Of a DNA stretch of 64,000 nucleotides, positions 61,147 to 64,000 are shown piece after piece. The notes beneath the pieces were generated by a model that made no database searches, was not told the DNA's origin, and saw only the letters and a program-made list of their open reading frames with translations. The translations under genes and the position numbers were made by a program. The stretch's first letter is position 1. Each line of letters starts with the position of its first letter. The DNA lies in contig AP026135.1 of NCBI GenBank assembly GCA_030295235.1, positions 992,001 through 1,056,000 on the forward strand, in the 5' to 3' direction. This stretch comes from Fistulifera solaris (taxonomy: Eukaryota).

Positions 61147-63420
61147 ATGAAGTCTTATTATCTCTACGACGCGAGTCAGCTTTTGCAGCAAAGTCTCAAC
61201 GAACTGCAAGAAATTATCGAGGCGAGTGAAACCAGTCGTCGCTCTCATCATACATTATATGATTTGCGGGAAGCACTCTTGGTCACGGAACGCCAGCTTC
61301 ATCAACACGTTCATTCGATGCTCGACAGTGATTCGAGAGTCTTTCGAAATGTTGCGGAACAGTCTCTCTTGTCGTTAGTGGAGTCACTCCGTTTACAAGA
61401 AGAAAAAAGGAAACGAAACAACCAGAGCAACGACACACATCAAGCCACAGATGTTCCTATTGTATACTATCCGACCAGAAATGCTACTGATTCCTTAATG
61501 TTTCGATTGATTGTTATTTTGCAGCTCTGTGTCGTGCGAATCGGTGATGCTAGAATTACATTAACGAATATTCGAAAGAAAGATGATTCTGCTTTTCTGC
61601 AAGGAGACTCATTCGTTTTGGCGCCCTTGGCTCTTGGGACCAGTTGGATATTATCAAAGGTACCAGCGCGCAAGCTGATCGCATATTCGAACAACAGGCT
61701 CCATCTTAGTCGACCACGAGTATTCGATGAGGGAGCCTGGACGGCAATCGCTTCGACACTAGCACAGGCAGGATTTGCCGTGGCAAGTGCCTTTGGCTCA
61801 AACGAAAATGGGGTATGCTTTGGCTAACTACCAAAATCGCCAAGACAACGGATGATTTTGAATCATGGAACCGTCAATGGTTTATGGTACAAAAAACTCC
61901 TGGAGTGATTCGGACGAATAGTAATGACGAGGAAGAAGCAATTGCACAAGATTCGACGAAGTCAAAGCGCTTGATTGAATACGCCTTGAAAGCTACGCCA
62001 AAGGTATGCATCGCCGATTCAATTTTTGCTGGTAGTCGTCTCTTACATTGACGACGTTTCGTTATAACAGGTTTCGTTGTGGCATTCGCAAGGAGAGCTA
62101 CGTTTCTTGATGCTAAAGCGAGCCATGGATGTTTTCTATGCTTCGGTTGATACAGCCATGCAAGTGACCAAGGAAACTGCCGAGGCTGACACTGCCAGTT
62201 GGCGAATTACCTTGACAACAGCTGCGGTGGCTTCTTTTTATAACCTTATTGGGGCAAGAAGAAGAGCTGAAGAGGCTACGTCTTCGTCGGAAAGAGCCCG
62301 ATATTTGATCCAGCATGCTTGGGGAATGGTTTCGTTACCAGCTTTGAAAACTATATCACTTCAAGCATCCAAGTTCTTAAAAGGGGCTTCTGTTGCTGAC
62401 CGGATTGAAGTCGCCGGTGTACCTTGTTTTGTGTTGTCTCGGGATCCAGCACCTGAACTGGCGGCTGCCATACGACGCTATCACTGCAAATCCGGCCAGA
62501 AAGGCACGATGAACAAACTTTCCACAATTGACGAACAGGAAGAAACAACACCAGCACCCTATACGGCCAACAAGAAACCCTTTGCACGATCAAATACTCG
62601 GTATAGACAGCGTGACATTATTATACATTTGACGGGCGGCGGCTTTTTCGCACATATTATAGCGTCCGATCTACCGTTTCTTCTCGATTGGAGTGCTTCT
62701 ACTGGAGCGTGTGTTATTTGTCCAGAATACTCCTTATTGCCGGAACACACATTCCCTGACGCGTTGCTCGAAATCGAGGCTGTCTATCAGGCACTCCAGT
62801 CCCATGAAGGTGTGCACGCGTTGGGATTTGAACCAAATAAAATCATTTTGACGGGTGAGTCGACAGGAGGTAACTTGGCAGCCGCACTCTGTGTAAAGGT
62901 ATGTATGGATGCCACGGGCATTCCAACTTGTCTATCTACTCCCACATCAGGAGCAGGATCCGCGAGTCACGATCTCAATGCCAAGTCCCATCTGCCCTGT
63001 GCCTTAGTGCTGTCTTGTCCAGTGTTAAACTTGACCATGGAAACAAGCTATTCGCGCGTTGTAGGAAGCAACGATCCAGTCCTTCCGCATGGATTGATCT
63101 CCGCCATTTCCAACGCGTACGGCGCGGGTATGAACAAGACGGACCCACTGGTGTCACCCTATTTTGCGGCCGATTCCGTTCTAGAACATTTCCCACCAAC
63201 TTTGTTCTTTGCTAGCTCGAACGATCCTCTATTGGATGATGCCGTGGCTCTGAATCAGCGTCTGCGCAGTTTGGGTGTCGAATCGTATCTCCGCGCCGCC
63301 CAGAATCTCCCGCATGCCTATTTAGGATTGGGTACCGCAGGATTCCCCGAAGCACAAGAAGTACAACGACAATTGATTGATTGGTTGAACTTTCAATTGC
63401 ACCGAGACGATGCGGAGTAA
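61147..63420 (+). CDS. Hormone-sensitive-lipase-like alpha/beta hydrolase with long N-terminal extension
   Basis: HLTGGGF oxyanion loop, PEYSLLPEHTFP, GESTGGNL nucleophile, SPYFA, DPLLDD and LPHAY. Intron at 62004..62070 and a T-run frameshift near 61793. Confidence 0.88.
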
Positions 63421-63495
63421 CAAGTCGCCGGCCGGGTGTGTACTTTCTTTCCTATTTTGTCTGGTGGATATAGAAGTTGCAATTTGCCGTTTGTT

Positions 63496-64000
63496 TCATC
63501 GAGTCCTCGCTTGTACTTGCCGACGAGGCATATATTCCAATTTGGGCTGTAATTGTCGATACAACGGATCCCACGGAGCTGGTTGTTCCCATTTTCCCGT
63601 TTGCGGATTTTTCCACGCTTGAACACGCGTATCGTTCCTCGTCAATGTCTTCGTATTCTGGTTCGTCCCCAGTACATACTGAATCGCTGCTACTGTTCCA
63701 AAGAATGCCAATGGACCCAAAATATAGTTGATCGGACGATGAACGCGATAAAACCAATTTTGCGATGAGGCGGCATAGGATGAATGTTGATGTGCTTTGG
63801 GTCGATGCGGATACGGTCGATGAAATCCTTCGTAAGATTGTTGCAGTTTCGTACTAGTACGATTATCATACTGCTGTCTCGTTTTGGGATTCAACAAAAC
63901 ACTCGCCGCATTCGCAATTTCTTTGAAGCGTGCCCCATTGTCGTTGATCTTGGCGACATCCGGATGACATTCCAGTGAGAGTTTGCGAAAAGCGGCTTTG
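63496..64000 (-). CDS. DnaJ (J-domain) protein with C-terminal TM segment, 5' end outside the window
   Basis: The frame upstream of the listed ORF reads KAAFRKLSLECHPDVAK..ARFKEIANAASVLLNPKTRQQYD (HPD motif). Hydrophobic segment ILGPLAFFGTVAAIQYVL. Confidence 0.85.
   Translation of the reverse strand, partial: KAAFRKLSLECHPDVAKINDNGARFKEIANAASVLLNPKTRQQYDNRTSTKLQQSYEGFHRPYPHRPKAHQHSSYAASSQNWFYRVHRPINYILGPLAFFGTVAAIQYVLGTNQNTKTLTRNDTRVQAWKNPQTGKWEQPAPWDPLYRQLQPKLEYMPRRQVQARTR

Noticed and set aside
2392..61800. Programmed ribosomal frameshifting or mass pseudogenisation
   Set aside because: Shifts hit essential genes such as NOT1 and EPL1, cluster in homopolymers of any base, and show no shared slippery or stimulatory motif. 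Sequencing error is the simpler explanation.

Overview
Gene-dense eukaryotic nuclear DNA, most likely from a diatom. Supporting signs are short GT-AG introns (about 60-130 bp), bipartite signal-peptide + 'AF' plastid presequences and compact intergenic spacers. About 28 protein-coding loci are recognisable: an ankyrin-like protein, myosin, NOT1, PrmA, a COG3899-type STAND/AAA ATPase, Hsp33, a CXIP4-like protein, mitochondrial L21, a SUN protein, a PUF protein, EPL1, two Kir-type K+ channels, a bestrophin-like channel, a C2 protein, cyclophilin, ARD, FTR variable chain, a sulfotransferase, kinesin-13, ECH2, a PH protein, GEP4, an HSL-like lipase and a J-protein. Roughly twenty single-base frameshifts, nearly all in homopolymer runs, split conserved genes and look like assembly errors. 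Mobile or repeated DNA comprises a 1.1-kb PIF/Harbinger deletion derivative (TIRs plus TTA target duplication), a CRE-type non-LTR relic, a pseudogenised partial copy of the STAND gene, an ~80-bp hairpin repeat present twice, and a minisatellite. The most striking observations are: (1) a proline-free helical protein with an exact 54-residue period (15 helical turns, about 8.1 nm, the tubulin-dimer spacing); (2) a head-to-head pair of Kir paralogs sharing a palindromic spacer next to a bestrophin-like gene; (3) a head-to-head pair of small, unrecognised plastid-targeted paralogs. All calls are by-eye pattern recognition; no searches were run.
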